DNA from: Eledone cirrhosa | Lineage: Eukaryota | DNA length: 64,000 nucleotides | Direction of reading: 5' to 3' | Assembly (NCBI GenBank): GCA_964016885.1 | Contig: OZ024743.1 | Coordinates: 199,516,001 to 199,580,000, forward strand | Shown: positions 28,575-47,314 of the stretch, piece by piece | Layout: every line of letters begins with the position of its first letter | Numbering within the stretch: the first letter of the stretch is position 1 | The notes under the pieces: model-generated | Seen by the model: the letters and a program-made list of their open reading frames with translations, nothing else | What the model was told of the DNA's origin: nothing | Databases searched by the model: none | Position numbers and translations under genes: made by a program

Positions 28575-30800
<2,226 letters not shown>

Positions 30801-32023
30801 GTGGGATCACAGGTAAGCTAACTAAGAACATAGATTCTTACATGTGGCCGGTGCTCTGGGCAATAAGTAGCAGCAAGTGCCCACAGAATACTAGCTCATT
30901 CAACTGCGCAGAGGGTTCTATAGAAATAGCGGACAGCTTCCGTTATCTGGGTGACAAAATCAGCAGTGGGGGAGGGTGCTCTGAAAGTACAGTATCTAGA
31001 GTCAGAACTGGATGGAAAAAGTTCAGAGAGCTTATAACCACTATTAGCCGCTAGAGGGTTCTCCCTAAAAATGAAAGGCAGGTTATACGATGCCTGCATA
31101 CGAACAGCAATGCTGCATGGCAGTGAGACCTGGGCATTGTGTGCAGAGGATATACGCAGACTAGAGAGGAACGAAGCTTGCATGCTCCGCTGGATGTGCA
31201 ATAGTAATATACGTGAACGGCAAAGCATAAACGAACTAAGGAAAAAATTAGAAATAAGAGGGATCAGATGTTGTTTACTCGAGAGAAGGCTACGTTGGTA
31301 CGGTCACGTGATGCGCATGAAAGACGACAGCTGTATAACAAAGTGCAGGGCAATAAAGATAGACGGTAGCCACGGAGTAGGCAGACCCAGAAAAACATGG
31401 GACGAGCTGATAAATTCCGACCTCACACGCTTACACCTCTCCAAGACAATGTCACTGGACCGAGACCTTTGGCGGTACTCAGTAATAGAGAAGACCCGCC
31501 TTACCTAAATACAAAGTAAAAACCTACTACAGTCAGTAGGCACCTCTATCAAAACACACCCCCGTCCCACCACCTTCCACCCCACCCACACCGCCCCTTT
31601 CAATGTAAAGTTATGTTGGTCCCACCAACATCCAGGCCGAAACAAATGAGATCGTGTAGGTGTCACGACAAAAAACACACAGTCCACGCTGTAAATGTGG
31701 CCGTGTAGGCAACACGGTAAAAACCTCCTAGCCCCACACTGTAAATGTGGTTGGTGTTAGGAAGGGCATCCAGCTGTAGAAAACCCGCCAGACAGTCCCA
31801 CGCTGTAATGTGGCCGTGTAGGCAACACGGTAAAAACCTCCCAGCCCCACACTGTAAATGTGGTTGGTGTTAGGAAGGGCATCCAACTGTAGAAAACCCG
31901 CCAGACAGTCCTATGCGAGCAAGACAACCACTCTTGCCTCAAGTGGGAAAACCCCCGTCCAAACCCATGCAAGCGTGGAACACGGACGCTAAACCTGATG
32001 ATGATGATGATGATGATGATGAT
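30801..32023 (+). mobile_element. 5'-truncated RTE-clade LINE (frameshifted C-terminal ORF, 3' UTR, (GAT)n tail)
   Basis: DSFRYLGDKI...RVRTGWKKFREL(frameshift)PLL...KGRLYDACIRTAMLHGSETW...RRLRWYGHVMRM...GRPRKTW...DRDLWR; zinc-finger remnant [12 protein letters not shown] at the 5' break; stop at 31508. Confidence 0.92.
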
Positions 32024-32200
32024 ATATATGTAAAAGTTCTATTTAAATTGTTGGGATACAACAAGCAAATATTTTTATAACTGATATAAGCACTCAACAA
32101 ATTATTGGAGTAAAAATACGATATATTAACAAATCTGGGAGCTTCCAACAGAAATGGTAGCATTCTTTAAGGGTATGTCAATATTTATTTATAAAAAAAA

Positions 32201-32439
32201 AATGAGATCGTGTAGGTGTCACGACAAAAAAACACACAGTCCACGCTGTAATGTGGCCGTGTAGGCAACACGGTAAAAACCTCCCAGACACACACTGTAA
32301 ATGTGGTTGGTGTTAGGAAGGGCATCCAACTGTAGAAAACCTGCCAGACAGTCCTATGCGAGCAAGACAATCACTCCTGCCTCAAGTGGGACTACCCCCG
32401 TCCAAACCCATGCAAGCGTGGAACACGGACGTTAAACGT

Positions 32440-32473
<34 letters not shown>
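32201..32473 (+). mobile_element. Duplicated RTE 3' UTR with (GAT)n tail
   Basis: Near-identical to 31644-32023 but without the internal tandem duplication of about 115 bp. Confidence 0.85.
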
Positions 32474-32788
32474 ATATGTATATTTATATATGTATATTTA
32501 TATATGTATATGTATATATATATATGTATATATATATTTATATATATGTATATATATATTTATATATATGTATGTATGTATATATATATATGTATGTATG
32601 TATATATATATATATATGTATGTATGTATATATATATATATATGTATGTATGTATATATATATATATATGTATGTATATATATATATATATGTATGTATA
32701 TATATATATATATGTATGTATATATATATATATATGTATGTATGTATATATATATATATATGTATGTATATATATATATATATGTATG

Positions 32789-32819
<31 letters not shown>

Positions 32820-32845
32820 GTATGTATGTATATATATATATATAT

Positions 32846-33658
32846 AATGGAAAATTTGAACAGGAACAAAACAGAGAGGCAGTACAACGAATGTTTATTA
32901 ATTTCACGCTCTTGAGAGTGGGGTGGTGGTGGGGAACGACGTTTCGGGCATAAGCCCTTCTTCAGGTGAAAAGTGTGTGGGAAGAGAGTTCAAAGTGTGT
33001 GTAGGGGAGTGGTGGAGAGACATATAACGAAAAGGGGGTGGGAGGAAACGGTGCAAATGAAATTAAAAATAAAAGCATGATCAAAATAAAATTAAAATGG
33101 GGTAAAACAGGTGGTGGAAGGGTGTGGGGAGGGCTGAAGGTGGTGTGTGTGTGTGTGAAAGCAAGGGTTGGGGGAAGAACGGGGTTGCATGTTCAGGAAG
33201 AGGTGTGTGTGGGGTGGGGTGTAGGTCGGAGCGTGTGTGGATAGAGGGATGGGGGGAGAGGAATCCGGAGGCTGAATGTGTAAATATGTTGTGGAACGCA
33301 CATGTGTGTGGGGTTTAAGCGTGTTGTGGGTGTAGGTGGCGTGTGGGCAAAAAAATTTTTGGGGTGTGTGGGTGAGTCAAAAAGGTGATTCCGTAAGAAG
33401 ATGTTGTGGAATGGTTAGTAAAATCCTAGGATGGTAGTTGATTCCGCGGTCAAGGTCCACATACGAGTAATCCGTGAAGAGATTGGTCGGAAGAGGGGAG
33501 ATGCGGGGTGCGCGCGCAACAGGAAGTGGTCAAGGCAGCAGGAGTGCTGCGTGTCTGTGTGTGCTGGGAGGTGGTCAGAAGGCATAGCAGCAGTAGGGTG
33601 GAATGGTAAAGGTGCGAGGATGGGTAGGTGTGAAAGTTGGAGTGAGTAGGGGGTGGTG
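32846..33658 (-). mobile_element. Second copy of the Penelope-like 3' region with hammerhead
   Basis: Collinear similarity to 50942-51810; same terminus (ATGGAAAATTTGAACAGG on + strand) abutting (TA)n. Confidence 0.85.
32935..32968 (-). ncRNA. Minimal hammerhead ribozyme in Penelope-like 3' region
   Basis: Reverse complement: CAC CTGAAGA A GGGC-TTAT-GCCC GAAA C GTC GTT; minimal GAAACGTC form; stem I very short. Confidence 0.7.
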
Positions 33659-33832
33659 CAAGCAGGTTGGTATATAACCCCTAGCTCCAATAATGATGGG
33701 TATGAAGCTAAAGGTGTATCTTGGATACTGGATTTGTAAACTCCTCATCAATGGTCCGTAGATGTCCTCCTTCTCCTGTATTTTTCTGACAACGTTTACA
33801 TCAAGTGGGCAGCTGATCTCCTCTACAGAACA
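33659..33832 (-). pseudogene. Restriction-like endonuclease fragment of an R4/NeSL-type (RLE) non-LTR retrotransposon
   Basis: Manual translation: [58 protein letters not shown], matching the RLE pattern E-x-SCP-x-D-x-N...EK...Y..L...PIIxGAxG; absent from the ORF track. Confidence 0.75.
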
Positions 33833-36348
<2,516 letters not shown>

Positions 36349-36599
36349 ACTCATAGAAGTGCAGCAAGAGGAAGAAAAGGGAGAGGGAGAGAGTTCAAAG
36401 GTGGTGGATCGGCTCCCCCCCCCCCTCCGTCCGCCCACACCACTCTCACCTATCCCGTCTTCACATGTCCAGCCGTTCACTCACCCACTCCTTCTCTCCA
36501 TGCTGTCAACATCACCACTGCCACTACTACGACTACCGCAATCACTCACACCCGTCACCCCAGCTCTTCACTACCACATCACATCTACCAACACACGCC

Positions 36600-37240
36600 A
36601 CATGTCACCACCACAACACCACTGTTACCAACACTGCACCATACCACTAACACCATCACCACCACTACACACCACCTCCACTAACACTACCACCATCACC
36701 TCTACAACCACCACCTCACCACTAACACCACCACCACCATCACCACACACTACTAACACTACCACCACCAACGCACACCACTAACACCATCACCTCTACA
36801 ACCACCACCTCACCACTAACACCACCACCACCATCACCTCTACAACCACCACCTCACCACTAACACCACCACCACCATCACCACACACCACTAACACTAC
36901 CACCACCAACGCACACCACTAACACCATCACCGCTACAACCACCACCTCACCACTAACACCACCATCACCACACACCACTAACACTACCACCACCAACGC
37001 ACACCACTAACACCATCACCGCTACAACCACCACCTCACCACTAACACCACCACCACCATCACCACACACCACTAACACTACCACCACCAACGCACACCA
37101 CTAACACCATCACCTCTACAACCACTACCACCACCACCACACAACACTAAAACCACCGCCATTACTACCACCGCTAACACGACCACACACCACTACCACC
37201 ACCTCACCACCACCACTACCACCGCTAACACCATCACCAT
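36600..37240. repeat. (CCA)n-derived tandem repeat with a higher-order unit of roughly 90-95 bp
   Basis: Recurrent ACCAACGCACACCACTAACACCATCACC(T/G)CTACAACC. Confidence 0.85.
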
Positions 37241-38728
37241 ATAAGCTTGAATATCTGTGATAATGAGTTTCTGTTCCTTTGAAGCATTGTTCTGTGCAGT
37301 GAAGTTTAACATTGTGTCATCCACACCTCATTTAGTACCACCTGACATTTCTGGCTGTTGTCGTGTCGGGCGGTTGGTTTATGGTGGTGGTGGTGGTGGT
37401 ATAGGTGGTGTGATAATGTGTTGAAGGCGGTGTGTCTACAATCTGGTGATTTTTATAATGGTGGTGGTTCTGGTGATGTGTTGATGGTAGTGGTCGTGGT
37501 TGTAGTAATGGTGGTGTGGTGATGTTTTGGTGGTATTGGTGGCGGTGTCGTGATGTTTTTATGATGGTGGGGATAGTGGTGGTGATTTTAGTGGTGTGTT
37601 GATGGTGGTGGTGATGTGTTGATGGTGGCAATAATGTGGTGATTTTTATAATGGTGGTGGTGTTGATGGTGGTAGTAATGGTGTATAGTGTGGTGGTGTT
37701 GGTGGTAGGATATATCTAACAGACACCACTGTCACACTACATTTAATTTCTAAACACCACCATTCAGATATGTCTGCATACCACGGCACTATCACATAGA
37801 TTGTAACACAGACTCTGAGAGAGATAAATACATACATAGATACACACACAAACGGGCTGGTATGCATTCATACGCGGACACACATACACTGACACAAAGT
37901 TATACACAGATACACAAACAAACGAGCAGGTACACCCATACACACACACACACACACAATCACAGACTCACGATCCGATAGATAAAAACACACACTGATA
38001 TGCTCAATTCTGCCTGAGAATAACGTTATAGGTACACGTGTTAGTGGAATACTCTACTAGTTACGTTACAATTCAATCAGTAGGTGGATCACTTGATCGA
38101 AAAATAAGAGTCTACAAGGAAAAATATCTATACACTACTAAAACTCTCTGATAGTGTGCCTGTCTGAAATTTAATACAGACAAAACGGTGCATAATGGGA
38201 AAATACGTTAAAAGGCAGTTGCCCTCCAAATGGGAATACAAATGGAATAAAACAAGTTTCGCGTAAATCGGAGCACGGGTTCCCGAGATACGGGGTTTTT
38301 TCCGGGTACCTTCATAAATAGAGAGAGAGAAAGAGATAGTGTTTGTGAGAGAGTAGATTGAAAGGGAGACATGTCTGTGGATATTTTAGTTATTTAAAAA
38401 TTATTTTTAAGTCAACATCATTTTTAAAAATATATATTTTTTTAAGTGGTCTAGTAATACTATAAATATATTATATTAGTTTTTAGTTCAACGTATGCTA
38501 TTGTAGGAAAAGAATCTTAATGTTTCCGACAGTAGTAATTCATCAGAAGATAAGATGAAAGAGGGAGAGGCAGGAGGTAGATAAGTGAGAGTATATATAA
38601 GATAGATAGATAAAAAAATTTAAGATCAAGGAAAATAAAATGGATCGACTTTACCGTTATGGTTAAACCTTTTCGATTGACGTAGTTTAAGCTTGTCTGT
38701 TAGGCCTACCCACTTTACGACATATTTT

Positions 38729-38844
38729 CAGGGTGTCCCCCCCCCCCCCCCCCCCCCCGAAATGTATCCACACTTCAACAGCATTCTAATAAATATTGCC
38801 TGTACAGGTAATCAAAGTGTGTATTCATCTTTTGGGACACCCTG
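38729..38844. mobile_element. Tc1/mariner-type MITE
   Basis: TIRs CAGGGTGTCCC...GGGACACCCTG; shared interior with 39484 and 45756 copies. Confidence 0.8.
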
Positions 38845-39021
38845 CATATATATGTGCCAAAAGATGAATACACACTTTCCTTACGGTAACACAACGACCA
38901 CTACTCAGACTGGACTCGATAAGGGTTCTATATAATTAATATAGCCCCTAGAGCAAATATTTATTATTAGCACAGATTATAAGTTTAAGCAAACAATCTC
39001 AGGGTAAGCAGAACTTGTTTG

Positions 39022-39065
<44 letters not shown>

Positions 39066-39483
39066 CTGTCCCCGTAAATCCCGAGGGAGCCGTAAGGGCG
39101 CTATATTCACATACGGCTTTTCTAGGGCCTTTTAAAACCTGGCGGATCCCGTCTCCTCTCCGGGATATATATATCTCCTGAAGAGATAGGCTCAGTGTGT
39201 GTGTATGTGTACGTGCATGCGTACGCCTGTATATATACATGTAAAAAGACTCCCTTTTGGCTACAAATAACCATGGGTTTGCTCCAAGAAATTTCTTCTC
39301 CGAAGTACACACACAGGCCGTGAGTTTTCGTGGAAGAGAAGCAGTCACCCATGCATACCATTCTTCCTTTTCCGTGTCACTGATGTTGTCGATATAGCTT
39401 GGCACATTTTTGTCCCTAACAGTATTTCCTAATGCTTTTATCAATTATATCGATTCTGTGTTTGGATTTCAACATTTCAAATA

Positions 39484-39568
39484 CAGGGTGTCTCCCCAAA
39501 ATATATATATATATACACTTTTATTAGAATGATGTTGAAGTGTGTATACATTTTTTGGGGACACCCTG
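39484..39568. mobile_element. Tc1/mariner-type MITE with TA target duplication
   Basis: TA-CAGGGTGTC...GACACCCTG-TA. Confidence 0.8.
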
Positions 39569-40317
39569 TATATAAAATCGTGTTGGTAAACAGAAACTCA
39601 GCTGGTATATATATATATAATGCTTCATTCATTTGGTCAACACGCACTTATTACATATTACTTCAACACACACACGCACACACATTCTAGCTGTTTATCA
39701 GATGACATGAATCATATTTCTATTTATTTCTATATTATTTTGAACAGTAATTAGATGAAAAACAAACTTTTATATATATAAAAAGATCAGTGGAACTTTC
39801 TTGATGATGATGTTGTTGTTGTCATCGCCCCCCCCCCCCTCTCTGGTTAATTAAAAAGACAATTTCTGTTTGAAAGATTGAAAGCATTCAGTCAGAAGAG
39901 CCAACAGCCAGCAACAAGTAGCGGCTATCAAACTGGACTTGGTGAATCATAGAGGAGACCTCTTTTACATTTCAAGAGGCCCTTAACTCTTAGCGTCCTG
40001 TACCACACGAAACCGCATTAGCAAAGCACTCCTCTTGAAAAGTACAAAACAGCAGTATGGTTGCATCACATTAAATCAAAGTCTTTACTCTAAAACTGCA
40101 AATTGTCACAATGATCTCCCCATTAGTAAAGATACTATAAACATTTGAATTAAGAAAGCTGTTTTTAGATATTTTCCTATTACAGGATATTAAGAGTTAA
40201 AATAACTCGGACAGACACAAGTACATACAGACATAAACTCATAGAAACAGACGCCAACCAACCAACAAACAAACTAACTAACATGGTTGCATACTGAGGA
40301 AATTCAAAACTGTTCGT

Positions 40318-40351
<34 letters not shown>

Positions 40352-42505
40352 TTGTTTAGCCTCAGTTCAAGTCTATAGAGCATACGCATGATCGAAATTA
40401 GTCAAACCGTGACCATACCAGCTTTTAGGAACGCCTAAGATTGCATTATCATAATGTGTTCCCATTTTTATATAATACGTAAGGGTGCGATTTCTCTGAC
40501 TAATACTTTTTAATGCAGCGATTGTTTAATTGATCTAGTATACCTCTGATCAAATACGTTCTAACCATGACCATCCCATCTACTTTATTTACTTTTTAGT
40601 CACAGTGTATGTTGTTTCCTTGGTCTCTAGTGTTTTTACATTTTATTTTAACTTCAATAAATAAACTATTTTGTTTAACTGAAAAAAAAAATCTTGTTGG
40701 TTCAACTTAAAAGAACACAAGTGACAACTATGAAGGACCACAGCACTAAATTGCTTGCCTATATAAAACCAATTGGTGTCTAATGAGATATAATTATGAC
40801 GATATAATGACTGTATAAAAAGTGGAAGAGGTGGAGGGTGAGACGTTGATGTTTGTTCTTAAGAACCCTGTATTGTCTGTAGTGACCGTTTCTTTTTTTT
40901 TACCTCGGCAATGTCTCCACAGAATTGATGAGAGCAAGCAAAATAAATTGTGAAAGGCGATCTCAAGAGTTTGCCACTGTTGTTGTTATTGTTGTTGCTG
41001 TTGTTTGCTTATGATAATGTCTCTACTACAGGAAGTTGGATTTACTTGTGGCGTTATTATTCCAAGTGATTATATCCTGTAATCCAAATGACAGGTTTCA
41101 AAACAACATCATCATCACCATCAACAACTCCTACATCATCACCACGGCGGTATAAATTCTAAACAACACACCATTAACACCGCCACTACCACTATAATTG
41201 TTAGTGCTGTTACTTGTATTACCACTGCCATTATCAGTGCAAGTGCCACCATCATTAACACTACCACTGCCACCATCGTCATCATCATCTTTACAAAACC
41301 CTACCAAGTTATTTGAGTGTTTGGGGGGGGGGGGGGGGTCAACAGTTTCATGATATTACATGCTATAGACCAGGATTTCCCAAACTTTTTCAAACGTGGA
41401 AACCTATTTGATTCAGAAACGTTTGGATGAATCCTAAAGTCTAATACTGTTATACAGTCGTAATATAAATATACTCCCCTACCTTTTTTCACGGAACTCC
41501 AGATATTTCTTTGCGGAACCCACTGCTATCGACTAATCTATATATTTTATTTTTAGCCAGTACTATATATAGAGGCTGTAGGGTTGCTGGCGTAGGATGA
41601 CCCATGCCCCGTCGAGCAAGAAGAAGAATACTATAATATATAGGCAGGTGTAAACACCTTGTCTGTTTAAGCTATTGTTTGCTCAGTACTATACATTCTG
41701 ACATAGGCGGCGAATTGTAGAGTCGTTAGAACGTCTGATAGAATGTTTTATGGTATTCGTTCCGGCTCACTGCTCCCTGAGTTTAAATCTCGCCAAGGTC
41801 AACTTTGCCTTTCATCCTTTGGATGTCGATAAAACATGTACTAGTCTACTACTGGGTCGATTCTTCCTCTATAACTCTCACTCACTTTCTATCTTTCTCT
41901 GGAAGAAATCTGCTGTACTTAGGCCTGGAGAGGAATGGGCTCAGCCAGACTGAAAAAGCTCAAGAAACGCCGTATGTCAATACGGCGTCCCTACGACTCT
42001 ATCAGGAGTTACGGGACCACACCATACCACTATACAATCTGACGATGCAACAATATTTTGTCCAGCATTTTAGAAATGCTACGAACACATCATTGGTGCG
42101 GCATTCAATAAGTTCTATTAACACACCATTACCACTGTTTTATCTGGTCTATACCAATTGTGCAAATACATCACCTTTTCCCCAAACCTTTAACAAAACA
42201 GCAAAAACAACAAAAAGAAATAACAACAAAAATATTAGTAATATGCATTGTGTAGCTATGTAAACTCCATTTTAAGTGGAAGGGGTGGAAGATGAATGCT
42301 TAAGACATAAACCTTCTCCCTTTTCTTCTATCTTACTTTTTTAATGTTATTACTGGGTTTCGAAACTGGGTCGACGACGCAGTTCGTTGAGAACAAAGCA
42401 CGGCAGCACATCACATTTTCTGTCCACAGTTAGAACAAAACAACCACACACACACACATATATATTCACGCACAGAACAAAACAATCACAAAAACTATGT
42501 GTGTG

Positions 42506-42542
<37 letters not shown>

Positions 42543-42595
42543 CACGTGTGTGTGAGTATGTTTTTGTGTGTTTACATCCGTATATATATATACAC

Positions 42596-42642
<47 letters not shown>

Positions 42643-43117
42643 TATATATACATACACACGCACACACACACATATATATATATATATACATATACACACA
42701 CACACACACGTATATATATATACATATATACACACACACACATGTATATATATATATATATACACACACACATACTCTTTTACTCTTTTACCTGTTTCAG
42801 CCATCCGGCTGAGGCCATGCTGGGGCACCGCCCTTGCATGTATATATATATACACACACACATGTATATATATATACACACGCACATGTATGTATGTATA
42901 TATATATATATACACACATATATACATACACACACACTTTTCGCATGATTGTTTCCAATTCTTTCACTTTACATTGTAATTCTCTTACCGTGAGAAACCT
43001 GTGGGAGATCTTTTCATTTAACATCGCCTGTCTGTATTCCTTTATACACAATTGTGTATTTATTTATACAATCCTACCACACACACACACATACATATAC
43101 GATTGTGAATATGTGGG

Positions 43118-43156
<39 letters not shown>

Positions 43157-43213
43157 GTATATATATGTATAATATATATATACACATATGCTTGTCTGAA
43201 TATGGGTATGTAC

Positions 43214-43246
<33 letters not shown>

Positions 43247-43296
43247 AAGAGAGAGAGAGATACATACTCCTGTATATCTATATCTATCTATCTATC

Positions 43297-43359
<63 letters not shown>

Positions 43360-43386
43360 AATGAATGTTGGCATGTACGTATATGT

Positions 43387-43418
<32 letters not shown>

Positions 43419-44819
43419 CATATCCATACCTTCAGAATATGGTGGATGGGGGGAAAAAGCTTCAACTGCTTAAGACTATCTTCGCAATTTGAAGTCCAAA
43501 ACTCCCTTTGGGGGCATTCAAATAATGGGAAACAAGCAAGGGATACCATTTCCATGGTCTGAGATTATTCAATTTTTTTTTTTAAACAATTTAATATAAT
43601 GCACTGGGACTTTGTGTTAAAACCATCTTGGTGAATGAAATCAACCGACTTGTTTCGATCGTAATACATCTCCACAGCGAAGCATGTTGACTCGGCAAGA
43701 TTACAGAAGAATGGACAAATATATATAGAGAAGGAGAAAGGACTTTTGTGTAGATAAATGTGTGTCAACAAATGTTAGAAGTGAAAATTGCTTATGGGTG
43801 CTCTCTGTATGAAATATAAACAAACAAATGCCCATTACTGAAAATCGAAACCAAATACCTTTTGCGTATGGTTATGTCTTTCTCAAGTATAGATATTTTC
43901 AGGTTTTTTGTTTGTAATAAATTATGTTTTATTTGTGTTTGTGCGTGTTTATCAGTGGGTCACTATTGTCTATAATATAGACATTAAGATTTCTATTATG
44001 TAAACTATATAAGTGAGCATATATATATACATATATGTGTGTGTGTGTGTGAGCGTGCCGATTTCTTATATATGTGTGCATACATATGTTTGTGTGTGAA
44101 TTTCTTTATATCTCTGTGTGTGAATGTGAATTTTTCGTATATATTCTTATTTATATGTGTGTGTATGTGAATGTCCATATATATGCTCATTTATCTGTGT
44201 GTGCATGTGAATTTTCTATATATTTGCTCAATTATATGTGAGTATGTAAAAGTGTGTATGTAAATATTTAACAATCAGAAGATTCGCAGAAGCTTCGGTC
44301 GGACGTACAACAAACCCAAGTCATCTCCCCCCCCCCCCCCACACCTCTTTCTCTAAATGAGACATTTATTAAATGCGGCTGAATTGGTTAAATTAGATTG
44401 AAGGACATTTAACTAGCTATGTAATTATGTGAAGCAAGATGTTTGAATCGAAACCAGTTCGTTGACTTTAGACTAAAATAACATTTAATTCTTATTTATT
44501 TATAATATAAATCCCCAAATCTTAGTGTGATTTCTAGAGTAGGAAACATGTACAGGCCATGCTATAAAATGACACGGTGTTCAGTTTTAGATAAAGATCT
44601 ACATCAAAATTATTTTGTATTGTGGTTAGGCAATGATAAAGCCGTCTAATTTGATATTTTTGTATCGATATTGATCTTGAAGAGAGAAGTGGAGGGTAAT
44701 CCCGATAATATATATATGTGTGTGTATTTGAAAAAAGGGAAAGACTGATTTCCCTGGTGGTTGATATTCCTTAATAATTCAAATGTTTACAATAAGTCAT
44801 TAACAATTCCCTTCATTTG

Positions 44820-44869
<50 letters not shown>

Positions 44870-45217
44870 CAGTTTACTTCATTCTGATAATTTGAGGTAG
44901 CCTTTGTCTTTATATATTTTGTTTTTCGTATCGGCATGTCATGGGTATTTAAAACCTGGTGGAGCCAATCTCTCCTCCAGGTCTAAACACAGCCAATTTC
45001 TTCCAGGGAAGAGAGAGAGCGAGAGAAGAAGTAAGAAAGCGATAGAGGAATAATCAACCCTAGTATTGGACCGGTACATTTTTTTATCGACCCCGAAAGA
45101 ATGAAAGACGAAGTTTACCTCGACGTGATTTGAACTCAGTCTGTGTTTGTGTGTGTGATGTTTTGTTTTTATTAGATATTGCTCAATTCTCTTTATACTT
45201 TATTGTATTTCACTAAG

Positions 45218-45275
<58 letters not shown>

Positions 45276-45287
45276 ACTAAGCTCCCA

Positions 45288-45331
<44 letters not shown>

Positions 45332-45755
45332 TGGAAGCTTAGTAAAATCGAAGCTTTGGCTGTGGCCAAGTAAAGTCGACCTACAATAAGGAATGACTTA
45401 GCAAAGCACTCAATAAGGGTAGGCCCTTAGAGTAATAACATACGTTTAAAAAGCTTGACAAATTGAAAATTACGCTAGGCAAAACCCAACCATACAATAC
45501 CAAAGTATATATATATATATATAAGGCTGAGTGGTTAGAGAATTGGATTCACAATCGTGAGGTTGTGAGTTCGGTTCCTGGACCGGGCGGTGCGTTATGT
45601 CCTTGGGAAAGACACTTTATTTCACGTTGCTCCTTCTACCTGGAGTTGCGACCGATAGAAAGTATTAGCAATTGGAAAGACCAATGGGAACATTGTTTCC
45701 TCGGTCCGATTTGACGAAAGTCGATCGACTGTCGATATATGTATATATAGAGAGA

Positions 45756-45854
45756 GAGGGCATCCCAAAAATGTATACACACTTCAACAGCATTTTAATA
45801 AATATTGCCTGTACAGGAATTCAAAGTGTGTATATATGTTTAATGGACACCCTG
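45756..45854. mobile_element. Tc1/mariner-type MITE
   Basis: Same interior as 38729-38844; right TIR GGACACCCTG-TA. Confidence 0.75.
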
Positions 45855-45859
45855 TATAA

Positions 45860-45900
<41 letters not shown>

Positions 45901-47314
45901 TTTGTTTGTTTATTTATCTATTTCTGCCACTGTACGCTATAAGTATTTGGTGCCACATTTCAACACCTTAGTTTTGACACGACATACCGTTGACACGGCT
46001 TGTGCACATCACTGTAAGGTCGGTCATATTTCAACACGTTTGTCTCTCTCACATATGACACACACAAACACACATATACACGGTGGCGACACAGCTTGAA
46101 CACATCACTTGCTCTATAATAGCTAGTCTCTACTTTCGTGACCGTATCAATGACAACAGCAATGGCGGTTATTATGGTGTTGATGAGGCGAGAACTCTAG
46201 TGTTGCTCCTAGGCTTGTGGTTGTGGTTATGGTCAGCGATGGATGATAATAAACCTGGTATTGCTACTAGTCGTTTGGTTGTGTTTAGCGAACAATGAAA
46301 TACTCTTGGTGGCAGTATTGTGGACAGTAGATTGGTGAATCGTTAGAGCGTCGGATAAAATGCTCTGTAAATATATAATATGGCCTTTTATGTTTGGCGT
46401 TCAAATTCCGCCGAAGTCAACCAGGTTTGAATTTAGACCTTGTGGGGCTCGGAGCACTTCAGGTTGAGGGAGTGACTCATAATAATAAAAAAAAAAAAAA
46501 AATAGAATACACTGCACCGCCACCACCCTTGGCGCAAGTAATTGGAATTGAAAAGTTATACATACAGGTATTAAATTCAAAAGTTCTAACTAAAAAGTTC
46601 AGCTGAGGGCACAAATAAATTGTTTCGGTCGTCACTGGTGGGGCCCCGGGTCAATTGCCCCCATTAAATCCGGTCCTATTTCTAGGTATATCTAACATGT
46701 GTAGTGGGATAAGTTAGAGGTTGTGTTGTTTTGATTAGACTGTCAGAGGGGTCCAGCAGAAGGAGAAAGATACCCCCCCCCCCACACACACACACGCGGG
46801 TCATATTAAGCTTGTGTGGGTGGAGGCGGGGTACTGGAAGTTTTATCGAGAGTCTTTACATGAAACTACAATTAATACAATCTGCCATTACTCAGTAACA
46901 ACAGTAAACAAACAAATTTGGGCATATTTGACTCTCCTTCCCTCCTTTTGAGATTTAGTTAGGTATAATATATAATTTATGGTAGCTAAATAATTAGTCT
47001 CTGACCCCTTTAGATATTATGGGGTCCTGTCAACAGCTCGGTTAGCCCCTTCCGTCCATAATCCACTTGTATCTCTATCACCACCATTGTCACTTCTCCC
47101 ACCATCTCCACCACCACTATCTTGATTATCAAAGTTGTTGATATAACACTTACCTGTACTCCTTACTCCACTAATAAGTGCCCTATCCCAACACACCTGA
47201 CATCTTCCTACCTGGCTTTACACTTAAGACCACTTACCTATAATCAACTCTGACTTGGTGGCTTTTGTAGTTCAGCGGCTCACTTCTTTCTCTTATCGTA
47301 ACAACAATCGTCCG

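Noticed and set aside
41805-42263. 152-aa ORF
   Set aside because: Starts inside a SINE and crosses decayed repeat sequence; no recognisable domain or splice support.
43640-43685. Possible - strand hammerhead (CTGTGGA GAT..ATC GAAACAAGTC), with a similar trace at 44430-44465
   Set aside because: Core mutated and stem I does not pair; at best a decayed copy.
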